Assembly: GCA_020057115.1 (NCBI GenBank)
Contig: JAGVGJ010000010.1
Location: 615-64,614, forward strand
Direction: 5' to 3'
DNA length: 64,000 nucleotides
Source: Candidatus Omnitrophota bacterium
GTDB lineage: Bacteria; Omnitrophota; Gorgyraeia; 2-01-FULL-45-10
In this document: positions 30,156 through 39,243 of the stretch, one piece after another
Layout of the letters: each line of letters starts with the position of its first letter
Numbering within the stretch: the first letter of the stretch is position 1
Position numbers and translations under genes: made by a program
Notes under the pieces: model-generated
The model's database searches: none
Told to the model about the DNA's origin: nothing
What the model saw: the letters and a program-made list of their open reading frames with translations, nothing else

Positions 30156-32297
30156 ATGATAAAAAAATTTGAGATAGCCCTGGGGGATAATAACCTTATA
30201 ATCGAAACCGGCAGGATGGCGAAACAGGCCGATGGCGCAGTTACAGTGACCCTGGGCGGGACCGTGGTGCTGGTCACGGCCGTATCATCCGAACCAAGGC
30301 AAGGGATAGACTTTTTCCCGTTGACTTGCGAATACCAGGAGAAGACATACGCCTCCGGCAAGATACCGGGCGGGTTCTTTAAGAGAGAGGGACGGCCCAC
30401 GGAGAAAGAGATACTTTCGGCGCGCTTGATGGACAGGCCCGTAAGGCCGCTATTCCCCAAGGGATTTATAAACGAAGTGCAGCTCGTCGCCATCGTCCTG
30501 TCGAGCGATGGAGAAAATGATTCCGACGTTCTTGCCATGGTGGGCGCTTCGACAGCCCTTACCATATCAGACATACCTTTCGACGGCCCCATAGGCACGG
30601 TAAGGGTCGGGAGGATAGACGGAAAGTTCGTTGCAAACCCCACGTTCCAGCAGCTCGGGTCAAGCGACATAGATATCATCGTTACAGGCACGCGCAAAGC
30701 CGTGGTGATGGTCGAATCGGGTTCCAACGAGCTTAGCGAAGAGGTCATATTTGACGCGATAAAGTTCGGCCACGAAAATCTCCAGGTTATCATAGATCTC
30801 CAGGAGAAGATGCAGAAAGAGATCGGCAAGAAGAAGAAAGACGTGAAGCTTTTCATAGTAGACGAGGGCCTTCTCAATAAGGTCAAAGAGCTGGCGGTCG
30901 CCAGGCTGGCCGAGATCAACAGGATGAACACCAAAGAGCAGAGGGAAGAAGCGATAAGCATCCTCTCCAAAGAGATCGACGAGAAGCTTGTTACCGACGA
31001 TTCAGAGATCGAGGCGAAAGATGTGAAGGCGGCCCTCCTCGAAGTAGAGGAAGAAGAGGTAAGGAAATTCATCATCACCCAGAAGAAGAGGGTCGACGGA
31101 AGGAAGTTCGACGAGATAAGGCAAATAACCTGCGAAGTCGGGGTATTGCCGAGGACGCACGGTTCAGGGTTATTTACCCGCGGCCAGACGCAGAGCCTCT
31201 CCGTTACTACCCTGGGGACGAGCGCCGACGAGCAGATGATAGAGTCTCTCGAGGGCGAGCTCCAGAAGAGTTTCATGCTCCACTATAATTTCCCGTCTTT
31301 CTCGGTAGGCGAAGTAAGGCCGATGAGGGGACCGGGAAGGCGCGAGATAGGCCACGGCGCGCTTGCCGAGAGAGCGCTTAAAGCCGTCATGCCGTCCAAG
31401 GAGCAGTTCCCATATACCGTAAGGGTCGTTTCCGAGATACTTGAGTCGAACGGCTCATCCTCCATGGCTACCGTCTGCGCGAGCACTCTTTCGCTCATGG
31501 ATGCCGGCGTTCCGATAAAGGAGCCTGTGAGCGGCATAGCGATCGGCCTCATAACAGGAGGCCCGGAGCCGATAATACTCACGGATATCGGCGGCGTTGA
31601 GGACCATTTCGGCGACATGGATTTCAAGGCTGCAGGCACGAAGAACGGCGTTACGGCGCTCCAGATGGACCTCAAGGTCCAGGGTATCAGCATGGATACG
31701 ATAAAGAAGGCCCTCGAGGTAGCAAAGAAGGCCAGGCTCTTCATCCTTGATAAGATGGTCTCCACGATATCAAGGCCTAAAGAGGCCGTATCAACATTTG
31801 CCCCGCGCCTTGTCAGCATAAAGCTTCCCGAAGACAAGATCGGCACGGTCATAGGGCCGGGCGGAAAGATGATAAAGAAGATCATACAGGAGACAGGCGC
31901 CACGGTAGATATCTCAGATGACGGCATGTGCCAGGTCGCTTCTGTCGATTCAGCATCCGTAGATAAGGCCGTTGCAATGATAAGAGGCCTTATAGAGGAG
32001 CCGATCGTAGGTACTGTCTATAATGGCACGATAAAGCGCATCATGGCGTTCGGCGCTTTCTGCGAAATAATGCCGGGCAGGGAAGGGTTGATACATGTCT
32101 CCGAATTATCCGGCACGTTCGTCAAGAACGTTGAGGATGTCGTGAAACTCGGCGACAAGGTCACCGTGAAACTTTTTGAGATAGATGATCAGGGCCGCCT
32201 GAACTTATCGGTAAAGAGAGCTGACCCGAACTGGAAGCCGGAAGAGGGTGCGAGCGAACAGGGCGGTGGTGGGCGCGATTCGCGCCGTAGAAGATAG
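30156..32297 (+). CDS. pnp: polynucleotide phosphorylase (polyribonucleotide nucleotidyltransferase)
   Basis: 713 aa. Two RNase PH domains, KH (GPGGKMIKKIIQETG) and S1 (GTVYNGTIKRIMAFGAFCEI) domains. Conserved rpsO-pnp order. Confidence 0.95.
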   Translation: MIKKFEIALGDNNLIIETGRMAKQADGAVTVTLGGTVVLVTAVSSEPRQGIDFFPLTCEYQEKTYASGKIPGGFFKREGRPTEKEILSARLMDRPVRPLFPKGFINEVQLVAIVLSSDGENDSDVLAMVGASTALTISDIPFDGPIGTVRVGRIDGKFVANPTFQQLGSSDIDIIVTGTRKAVVMVESGSNELSEEVIFDAIKFGHENLQVIIDLQEKMQKEIGKKKKDVKLFIVDEGLLNKVKELAVARLAEINRMNTKEQREEAISILSKEIDEKLVTDDSEIEAKDVKAALLEVEEEEVRKFIITQKKRVDGRKFDEIRQITCEVGVLPRTHGSGLFTRGQTQSLSVTTLGTSADEQMIESLEGELQKSFMLHYNFPSFSVGEVRPMRGPGRREIGHGALAERALKAVMPSKEQFPYTVRVVSEILESNGSSSMATVCASTLSLMDAGVPIKEPVSGIAIGLITGGPEPIILTDIGGVEDHFGDMDFKAAGTKNGVTALQMDLKVQGISMDTIKKALEVAKKARLFILDKMVSTISRPKEAVSTFAPRLVSIKLPEDKIGTVIGPGGKMIKKIIQETGATVDISDDGMCQVASVDSASVDKAVAMIRGLIEEPIVGTVYNGTIKRIMAFGAFCEIMPGREGLIHVSELSGTFVKNVEDVVKLGDKVTVKLFEIDDQGRLNLSVKRADPNWKPEEGASEQGGGGRDSRRRR

Positions 32298-32340
32298 TGG
32301 TTAATGTAGAGGCCGCGCCTCTGCAAATCTGGATTATTAC

Positions 32341-32790
32341 TTGGACAGTGTAAAGGTTCACCTTAAGAGAAAAGAAGGTTGCGAGGACCTGCCGCTTCCT
32401 AAATACGCCACGAACGGGTCGAGCGGGATGGACCTGTGCGCCGACGTAGAAGATGAAGCGATAATATTGCCAGGCGAGATAAAGCTTATCTCGGCTGGCA
32501 TTTATTTAAGTATTCCTCAGGGATACGAAGCCGAGATCCGCCCGCGTTCGGGGCTTGCGCTAAAGCACGGCATAAGCCTGGTGAACGCGCCAGGCACCAT
32601 AGATTCGGATTACCGCGGGTTATTGAGCGTGATCATGATAAACCACGGCAAAGAGCCCTTTAGGATAAAGCGAGGCGACAGGATAGCCCAGATGGTCATA
32701 AAGAAAGTGATAAGGGCTGACATAGAAGTCATGCCTGAGCTCGACGATACCGTAAGGTCGCACGGCGGTTTCGGCCATACCGGAAAGTGA
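32341..32790 (+). CDS. dut: dUTP diphosphatase
   Basis: NGSSGMDL, IRPRSGLALKHGI, GTIDSDYRG and RIAQMVI motifs (dUTPase motifs I-V). Start codon uncertain (TTG at 32341, no ATG available). Confidence 0.85.
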   Translation: MDSVKVHLKRKEGCEDLPLPKYATNGSSGMDLCADVEDEAIILPGEIKLISAGIYLSIPQGYEAEIRPRSGLALKHGISLVNAPGTIDSDYRGLLSVIMINHGKEPFRIKRGDRIAQMVIKKVIRADIEVMPELDDTVRSHGGFGHTGK

Positions 32791-32794
32791 CAGG

Positions 32795-33568
32795 ATGTCT
32801 ATAGTCGAAGCAGTAGTGTTAGGCGTTATTCAGGGTATCACGGAGTTCTTTCCCATTTCAAGTTCCGGACATCTTGTGATATTCCAGGGTCTGTTCGGGA
32901 TCAAAGAACCGCGGATCGCATTCGACATATTCCTGCATCTGGGCACTTTGGTCTCGATATTGTTATTCTTCTATAAAGACATACTCGCGCTCTTTAACAA
33001 AGAGAGAAAAACGCTCCTTTTTTTGGTAATAGCTTCAGTGCCGACATTCATAATAGCGCTTTTGTTTAAAGATGCGGTCGAGAATGCTTTCGGCGCGCCC
33101 AGGTTCGTCGGGTTCATGCTTCTGGTCACCGGGATATGGTTATTTATCTCAAGCGCTCTCTCGTTTTACTATGGCAAAAAAGGCTCAAGAAAAGAGCTAG
33201 GGTTTATCAGCTCTATTATGATAGGGATAGCGCAGGGGATAGCGATATTGCCTGGCATATCAAGAAGCGGCGCTACTATCGGCGCCGGCCTGGCCGCGGG
33301 GCTCGAGAAAGAGAAGGCCTTCAGGTTCGCGTTCCTTCTGGCGATACCGGCGATACTGGGAGCGAGCGTTTTTAAGGCGCGCGACATAACGGCCAGTTTG
33401 ACAGGAAGCGAGATGGTGTATTTTGCGGCAGGCGGGCTTGCCGCCATGTTGACAGGGCTTGCCGCCATAAAGATGCTTTTAAATATAATAAGAAGAGACA
33501 GGCTTTACATATTCGGCATATACTGTCTTATCGCCGGCGCGTGCGTGGTCTTTTTCTATAAAGGATGA
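32795..33568 (+). CDS. uppP: undecaprenyl-diphosphate phosphatase (BacA/UppP)
   Basis: MSIVEAVVLGVIQGITEFFPISSSGHLVI N-terminus and PGISRSGATI motif. Eight TM helices. Confidence 0.9.
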   Translation: MSIVEAVVLGVIQGITEFFPISSSGHLVIFQGLFGIKEPRIAFDIFLHLGTLVSILLFFYKDILALFNKERKTLLFLVIASVPTFIIALLFKDAVENAFGAPRFVGFMLLVTGIWLFISSALSFYYGKKGSRKELGFISSIMIGIAQGIAILPGISRSGATIGAGLAAGLEKEKAFRFAFLLAIPAILGASVFKARDITASLTGSEMVYFAAGGLAAMLTGLAAIKMLLNIIRRDRLYIFGIYCLIAGACVVFFYKG

Positions 33569-33572
33569 TATC

Positions 33573-35882
33573 ATGGCAAGAATACAGGAAGAGAAGACGA
33601 ACAGATGGAATGAGATACAGGCTGTAATACTCTTTGCCATAGTCATACTTATGTTCATAAGCCTGGCATCATTCGATTTCGCGGACCTGTCGATATTCAC
33701 GTCCAGGATAAATGCGCCCGCCAGGAATTTCGCGGGGCTCGTAGGGGCGTATCTCGGAGCCGCGCTATTCTTCGTTATGGGGATGAGCGCTTACGTGATG
33801 CCGCTATTGGTATTGAGCTGGGCCATAGCAAGGTTCTACGGCGTGACGCCGCAGAAGCTCTACTTCAAAGCATTCGGCACATTCTTCCTGATACTCGCTT
33901 CCAGCGCGATGTTCTCGATAATAGCCGTAGGCGACAATGCGTACCGTTTCCGCCTGGGAGGGATGCTCGGCCTCATATTCTCCGACTTTTTAATAAAATA
34001 TCTGGGCTACGCCGGATCGATGGTGGTCATAGGAGTCCTATTTTTACTGTCAGTCCTTCTTGCGACGGAATTCCTGCTCCTTCCGTTCTTGTCAGGCATA
34101 TTCAACAGGGTCAGGAATATCTCCGAAGATGTAGTCGAGCGGATGCCGAAGCCCAAAGAATCTACCAGGGTCGCAGTCAAGAGGCCTGTCACGGCGAACG
34201 TAAAGACTGAAGACAGATCCAACGGGTCCCTAAAGACCGAGAAGCCGAAGCTTCCGGACAAGCCGGTCAAGATAAATATCCCAGACATGAAGAAAGAGCC
34301 CGTGGCGCCGCCCAAGCCGGGCGTGAAAACGAACCTTCCTGCGCCTGTAACAAATGCGGCGGTCATCAATAAGCCGCAGGTGATCACGCCGGCCAAAGAA
34401 CCTGCCGCGGCCCGTAAGGCGCCGCCGGAGCTAAGCGAGTATAAGCTTCCGAGCATCAACCTGCTCCAGTCTCCGCCGGTTTCGGACACAAGAGTGGCAA
34501 AAGAAGATTTTAGCGCAAATGCCGCTACTCTCGAAGAGACGCTGGCAAGCTTCGGCATAGAGGCCAAGGTCATCGAGATAAGCCAGGGCCCTGTCGTGAC
34601 ATTGTATGAACTTGAGCCGGCGCCCGGAGTCAGGGTGCAAAGCGTCATGTCATTGTCGGACAATATAGCGCTTGCTATGAAAGCCGTATCCGTAAGGATA
34701 ATAGCGCCGGTCCCGGGCAAGGGCACGATAGGCGTGGAAGTGCCGAATGCCAAAGCCTCGCTAGTTTACCTTAAAGAGATCGTGGCATCAAAGGAATATG
34801 CCGAGCACACCGGTAAATTGAAGCTCGCGCTGGGCAAGGACATAGCCGGGAAACCGGTCATAGCGGACCTCGCCAAGATGCCGCATCTTTTGATCGCCGG
34901 CACTACGGGATCCGGAAAGAGCGTGTGCATCAACGCGGTCCTGACATCGCTCCTGTTGTCGTATTCGCCCGACGAATTGAAGTTCATCATGGTAGACCCT
35001 AAAAAAGTAGAGCTGTCGAATTTCAACGGCTTGCCGCACCTCTTGGCGCCGGTAGTGACGGATTCAAAGAAGGCTGCCGCGGTGCTTGAATGGGTCATCG
35101 GCGAAATGTCTAACAGGTTCGAGCTCCTCGCCGCTGCGGGAACGAAGAATATAGAGATATACAATGAGAAGGCCTCCAAGGGGACGGAGCCTAAGCTTCC
35201 GTACATGATAATAGTCCTGGATGAACTCGCCGATCTCATGGTCGTTGCGCAGGCCGAGGTCGAAGGCGTGATACAGAGGATAACGCAGCTTGCAAGAGCC
35301 GTCGGCATACATATGATAATAGCCACGCAGAGGCCTTCGGTCGACGTCATAACCGGCGTCATAAAGGCGAATCTGCCGGCGAGGATAGCGTTCAAGGTCG
35401 CTTCGAAGGTCGATTCGCGCACGATCCTGGACGATAACGGCGCCGATAAGCTGCTGGGCAAGGGCGACATGCTGTTCATAGAGCCCGGGTCGGAGAAACC
35501 GATGCGCGCGCAATGCAGCCTCATCGGGGAAAAAGAGATCGAGGCGATAACCGATTTCATAAAAAGCCAGCGGGAACCCAACTACATAGCCGAACTTGTA
35601 GAAGTGGATTCGAAAAGGGGCTCGTTCAAGAAATTCGACAAGGATGAGGTCTATGAAGAAGCGGTCAGGATGATACTCGAATCGAGGCAGGCCTCGGTTT
35701 CGGTCTTGCAAAGGCGCCTAGGGTTGGGATATACTAGAGCGGCAAGGCTCATAGACATGATGGAGGACGAGGGCATCGTGGGGCCGTATCAGGGCTCAAA
35801 GCCCCGGGACCTTTTAACTACGCTAGAGGAGTACCAGTCAAGAAGTGGAACAGCCGAATCCCCAGCAGATACAAGCAAGTAG
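33573..35882 (+). CDS. ftsK: DNA translocase FtsK
   Basis: N-terminal 4-TM domain, a Pro/Lys-rich linker, and a motor domain with Walker A GTTGSGKS and Walker B IIVLDELADLM. C-terminal gamma wHTH domain (GYTRAARLIDMMEDEGIVGP). Confidence 0.9.
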   Translation: MARIQEEKTNRWNEIQAVILFAIVILMFISLASFDFADLSIFTSRINAPARNFAGLVGAYLGAALFFVMGMSAYVMPLLVLSWAIARFYGVTPQKLYFKAFGTFFLILASSAMFSIIAVGDNAYRFRLGGMLGLIFSDFLIKYLGYAGSMVVIGVLFLLSVLLATEFLLLPFLSGIFNRVRNISEDVVERMPKPKESTRVAVKRPVTANVKTEDRSNGSLKTEKPKLPDKPVKINIPDMKKEPVAPPKPGVKTNLPAPVTNAAVINKPQVITPAKEPAAARKAPPELSEYKLPSINLLQSPPVSDTRVAKEDFSANAATLEETLASFGIEAKVIEISQGPVVTLYELEPAPGVRVQSVMSLSDNIALAMKAVSVRIIAPVPGKGTIGVEVPNAKASLVYLKEIVASKEYAEHTGKLKLALGKDIAGKPVIADLAKMPHLLIAGTTGSGKSVCINAVLTSLLLSYSPDELKFIMVDPKKVELSNFNGLPHLLAPVVTDSKKAAAVLEWVIGEMSNRFELLAAAGTKNIEIYNEKASKGTEPKLPYMIIVLDELADLMVVAQAEVEGVIQRITQLARAVGIHMIIATQRPSVDVITGVIKANLPARIAFKVASKVDSRTILDDNGADKLLGKGDMLFIEPGSEKPMRAQCSLIGEKEIEAITDFIKSQREPNYIAELVEVDSKRGSFKKFDKDEVYEEAVRMILESRQASVSVLQRRLGLGYTRAARLIDMMEDEGIVGPYQGSKPRDLLTTLEEYQSRSGTAESPADTSK

Positions 35883-35889
35883 AGTGGTC

Positions 35890-36765
35890 ATGCAGACCAT
35901 AGGCCACATGCTTAAGAAGACCAGGGAGTCGAAGTCTCTTACCGTCGACCAGGTCAACAAGAAGACGCGCATACACGCCGACGTCCTCGTCGCGCTTGAA
36001 GAGGGCTCGTGTGACCAGATACTGAGCTACACCTACGTAAAGAGCTTCCTGAAAAAATACTGCGATTTTCTGGGGCTAAACCCCGCGGAGATACTCCAGG
36101 GATATCCCGTGGCCCGTCAGGAGAAGATGTCCGACAGGCCCGTCCATCCGAAACCGGTGGAAGTAAACAGGACCGAGCCGGTCTCACCGGACAAGAAGCC
36201 TGTCGTCGCGGTATCCCGCCAGGAGGTGGAGGCGGCCAGGAGGGATCAGGCGTACGGCTTGCGCCCGGAGACCATAGTCAAATTCATATATGTCGCGACT
36301 TCGGTCATTCTTGCAGTATTGCTCATCTTCGCGGTCGGATTCATAGGAAAGAAGATAGCCGGCGCATTCAATAAGAAAAAGCCCAAGATAGTTTATACGA
36401 TAAAAAATAAGAGCGCGGCCCCTAAAAAGAAGGCTGCTGCCAAGCCGGCACCGGCGCCGCAAAAAACTGCCGCGGCCGTGAAAGACGAGACCTCCAAAGA
36501 GGCCGCCGCGAAGAGCGCGCCTATCACAGTCTCTATAAAGACGAAGCGCTCGGTCCTCGTCAAAGTGAAAAATGACGGCGTCCTGATAATGGAGAGGGTC
36601 CTGCCGAAAGGCGCGCACGAATCTTTCAAGGCGCAGGAAAAGATAGACCTCTATGTCGCCAGAGCCGAAGCGGTGGAAGTATCCTTGAACGGCAATCTTC
36701 TCGCGTCGCCTGGAAAAGGCATCAAGAATCTTGAGATAACCAGAAAAGGGATGAGGGCGCGCTAA
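35890..36765 (+). CDS. rodZ: RodZ-like cytoskeleton protein (XRE-type HTH, one TM helix, C-terminal DUF4115-like domain)
   Basis: MQTIGHMLKKTRESKSLTVDQVNKKTRI HTH. TM helix IVKFIYVATSVILAVLLIFAVGFI. Lys/Ala-rich linker and C-terminal VKVKNDGVLIMERVLPKGAHESF...YVARAEAVEVSLNG. Start at 35890 chosen over 35845, which overlaps ftsK. Confidence 0.65.
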   Translation: MQTIGHMLKKTRESKSLTVDQVNKKTRIHADVLVALEEGSCDQILSYTYVKSFLKKYCDFLGLNPAEILQGYPVARQEKMSDRPVHPKPVEVNRTEPVSPDKKPVVAVSRQEVEAARRDQAYGLRPETIVKFIYVATSVILAVLLIFAVGFIGKKIAGAFNKKKPKIVYTIKNKSAAPKKKAAAKPAPAPQKTAAAVKDETSKEAAAKSAPITVSIKTKRSVLVKVKNDGVLIMERVLPKGAHESFKAQEKIDLYVARAEAVEVSLNGNLLASPGKGIKNLEITRKGMRAR

Positions 36766-36780
36766 CCCCTTAAGCTCCCC

Positions 36781-38115
36781 ATGCCGAAAGTCGCCATAAC
36801 AAGCCTCGGTTGTCCAAGGAATCTCGTAGACTCCGAAGTCCTCCTCGGTACCCTTAAAAGACACGGTTACACCGTATCCGGCGCTGATAAGAACCCGGAT
36901 CTTTTGGTGATAAACACCTGTTCCTTCATCCAGTCGGCCCGCGAAGAATCCGTGGACGCCATAATGGAAGCCGCCAACCTTAAGAGAGAGGGGAAGGTCG
37001 GGCGCATCGTGGTCTGCGGTTGCCTGCCCCAGCTGTATAAAGGCAAACTTCTAGACGAACTTCCTGAAGTGGACGCTGTTTTCGGAACGAGCGATTTTGC
37101 GAAACTGTCGTCCTATCTTAAAAAGATAGAGCGCGGAGCAAGACACGAGGTCGTATCGAAAAAAGTCGACTACCTGTATGATGATAGTTCTCCGCGAGCG
37201 CTATTAACACCGAAACACTACGCATATATAAAAGTATCGGAAGGCTGCGACAATTTCTGCAGTTACTGCATAATCTCCCGCCTGCGCGGCCGCCTGAGGT
37301 CCAGGACGGTCGAATCTGTCTTGAAAGAGATAAAAAATGTGTCTCGCTCCGGATCCGTAAAAGAGCTCGAGATCGTCGGCCAGGACACCACGCTATTCGG
37401 CAAGGATAATTACGGAAGACCCATGCTGGCCGAGCTTTTAAAGAGGGCCTCATGCCTCAAGAACAGCGTCGAGTGGATAAGGGTGCTCTATACGCATCCC
37501 GCGCATTATACGGACGAACTTATCGATACAATAGCAGGCGAAGATAAGATCTGCAAGTATCTGGACATCCCCATACAGCATGCGAGCGACAGGATGCTTA
37601 AAAACATGAACAGAAAGACGAAAAAAAGAGATATAATGGACCTGATCGAAAAGTTGAGGGCGCGCATCCCGGGCATAGTCTTAAGGACGTCTGTCATTGT
37701 GGGATTCCCGGGTGAGACGGATAAGGACCTCAAAGAGCTTTTAGATCTTATTAAGGAAGTGAAGTTCCAGCGGCTTGGCGCTTTCAGCTATTCTAAAGAG
37801 GATGGTACCCCTGCATCTAAGATGCGCCCGCAGGTGCCGGAGAAAGTGAAACTACAGCGCCTCGACGAGGTCATGAGGGCCCAGCAGAAGATATCAGAAG
37901 CATATAACGCCTCTCTCGCAGGCAAGACCCTGAAGGTCCTAATAGATGAAAAGGTCGAAGGCGAACGAGGCGAGTTTTTAGGCAGGACAGAAAGCGACGC
38001 TCCCGAGATAGACGGCATAGTCTATGTGGCCGGCAAGGGCCTGAAGACAGGGCGTTTTTATGATGTCAAGATAACGGATTCTTTAGAATACGACCTGGTA
38101 GGAGAGGCTGTATGA
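36781..38115 (+). CDS. rimO: ribosomal protein S12 methylthiotransferase RimO
   Basis: MPKVAITSLGCPRN (MTTase N domain), radical SAM CDNFCSYC and a C-terminal TRAM domain. Size (444 aa) and N-terminal pattern favour RimO over MiaB. Confidence 0.85.
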   Translation: MPKVAITSLGCPRNLVDSEVLLGTLKRHGYTVSGADKNPDLLVINTCSFIQSAREESVDAIMEAANLKREGKVGRIVVCGCLPQLYKGKLLDELPEVDAVFGTSDFAKLSSYLKKIERGARHEVVSKKVDYLYDDSSPRALLTPKHYAYIKVSEGCDNFCSYCIISRLRGRLRSRTVESVLKEIKNVSRSGSVKELEIVGQDTTLFGKDNYGRPMLAELLKRASCLKNSVEWIRVLYTHPAHYTDELIDTIAGEDKICKYLDIPIQHASDRMLKNMNRKTKKRDIMDLIEKLRARIPGIVLRTSVIVGFPGETDKDLKELLDLIKEVKFQRLGAFSYSKEDGTPASKMRPQVPEKVKLQRLDEVMRAQQKISEAYNASLAGKTLKVLIDEKVEGERGEFLGRTESDAPEIDGIVYVAGKGLKTGRFYDVKITDSLEYDLVGEAV

Positions 38116-38702
38116 CGCTTCCCGACAAACTGACGATATCGAGGATATTCCTGACATTCGTATTCATGTTTTTTCTCTTCTGCGGCGGCGTTCTTGCGAA
38201 ATCACTCGCGCTCTTCACGTTCCTGATAGCCTCGTTCACAGATTTTCTAGACGGATTTATCGCAAGGGAGCAGAATATCTCCACCGATTTCGGGAAGCTC
38301 ATGGACCCGATAGCCGACAAAATACTCATACTTGCGGCATTCATGGCATTTGTGGAGTTAAAGCTCGTGCCTGCCTGGATGGTGGTCATTATAATGCTCA
38401 GGGAGATAACGATAACCGGCTTAAGGCTCTTCAGCCTCACGAAGGGCAAGGTGATACCCGCGGATATCGGCGGAAAGCAGAAGATGGTATCCCAGGTCGC
38501 TTCAATACTGGCGATACTCATATTCCTCATATTAAGGGAGGCTGGCATCAAGGTCTTCGGTTTCTGGACAGACAGGACAGAGATGATATACAAGGATACG
38601 ATATTTGCGCTCATGCTTGTCACGACCGCCCTTACCGTCATAAGCGGCGTCGGGTATCTGGTAAAGAACAGGGACGTATATTTCAATGCAAAGCATCATT
38701 AA
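38112..38702 (+). CDS. pgsA: CDP-diacylglycerol--glycerol-3-phosphate 3-phosphatidyltransferase
   Basis: CDP-alcohol phosphotransferase motif DGFIAREQNISTDFGKLMDPIADK (DGx2ARx8Gx3Dx3D). Membrane protein. Confidence 0.85.
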   Translation: MTLPDKLTISRIFLTFVFMFFLFCGGVLAKSLALFTFLIASFTDFLDGFIAREQNISTDFGKLMDPIADKILILAAFMAFVELKLVPAWMVVIIMLREITITGLRLFSLTKGKVIPADIGGKQKMVSQVASILAILIFLILREAGIKVFGFWTDRTEMIYKDTIFALMLVTTALTVISGVGYLVKNRDVYFNAKHH

Positions 38703-39138
38703 ATTTGTCACGAGTTTTCTTTATATCGGATATGCGCCGGTCGCTCCCGGGACATTCGGGAGCATAGGCGGGCTCGCGGTCTATCTTCTCGTAAAAGATA
38801 GCGCGGCCCTTTATGCGATATCATTTATCGCCATATTCGCACTTGGGATGGCATTTTCAGGAGAGGCAGAGAACCTCTTTAAGAGGAAGGACGCCGGGCA
38901 GATAGTTATCGACGAGGCCTGCGGCATGATGTTATCCCTGGCATTTTTACCATGCAAGCTATGGATAATAGTTGCAGGATTTTTACTCTTCAGGTTATTC
39001 GATATAATAAAACCTCCACCCATCAAAAGCCTTGAAAAACTTTCTGGATCTCTGGGCATAATGTTAGACGATATAATTGCAGCATTATATACAAATATCA
39101 TTCTCCAAATAATAGTTAAAATACAAAAAAGCTTGTAG
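38686..39138 (+). CDS. pgpA: phosphatidylglycerophosphatase A
   Basis: YIGYAPVAPGTFGSIGGL N-terminal PgpA signature. Downstream of pgsA. Confidence 0.8.
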   Translation: MQSIIKFVTSFLYIGYAPVAPGTFGSIGGLAVYLLVKDSAALYAISFIAIFALGMAFSGEAENLFKRKDAGQIVIDEACGMMLSLAFLPCKLWIIVAGFLLFRLFDIIKPPPIKSLEKLSGSLGIMLDDIIAALYTNIILQIIVKIQKSL

Positions 39139-39145
39139 CATTGAC

Positions 39146-39174
39146 TTGACATTCCCTGTCAATCATGGTATATT
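39146..39174 (+). promoter_or_regulatory. near-consensus sigma70 promoter with extended -10 (TTGACA - 17 nt - TGgTATATT) upstream of the giant ORF
   Basis: TTGACA at 39146-39151, a 17-nt spacer, TG at 39166-39167 and TATATT at 39169-39174. Lies 70 nt upstream of the ORF start in an AT-rich gap. Confidence 0.45.
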
Positions 39175-39243
39175 TTAGCTTATATTTACTAGGATATATT
39201 TATATTCTAGTTTTTTTAATCCACAAACGTTAAAAGAACAAAA

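Noticed and set aside
30065-31276. 403-aa minus-strand ORF
   Set aside because: Antisense to pnp (unmistakable PNPase). Ser-rich translation without motifs. Shadow ORF.
34007-35581. Two minus-strand ORFs (248 and 271 aa)
   Set aside because: Both are antisense to ftsK, whose Walker motifs and gamma domain are intact in the plus frame.
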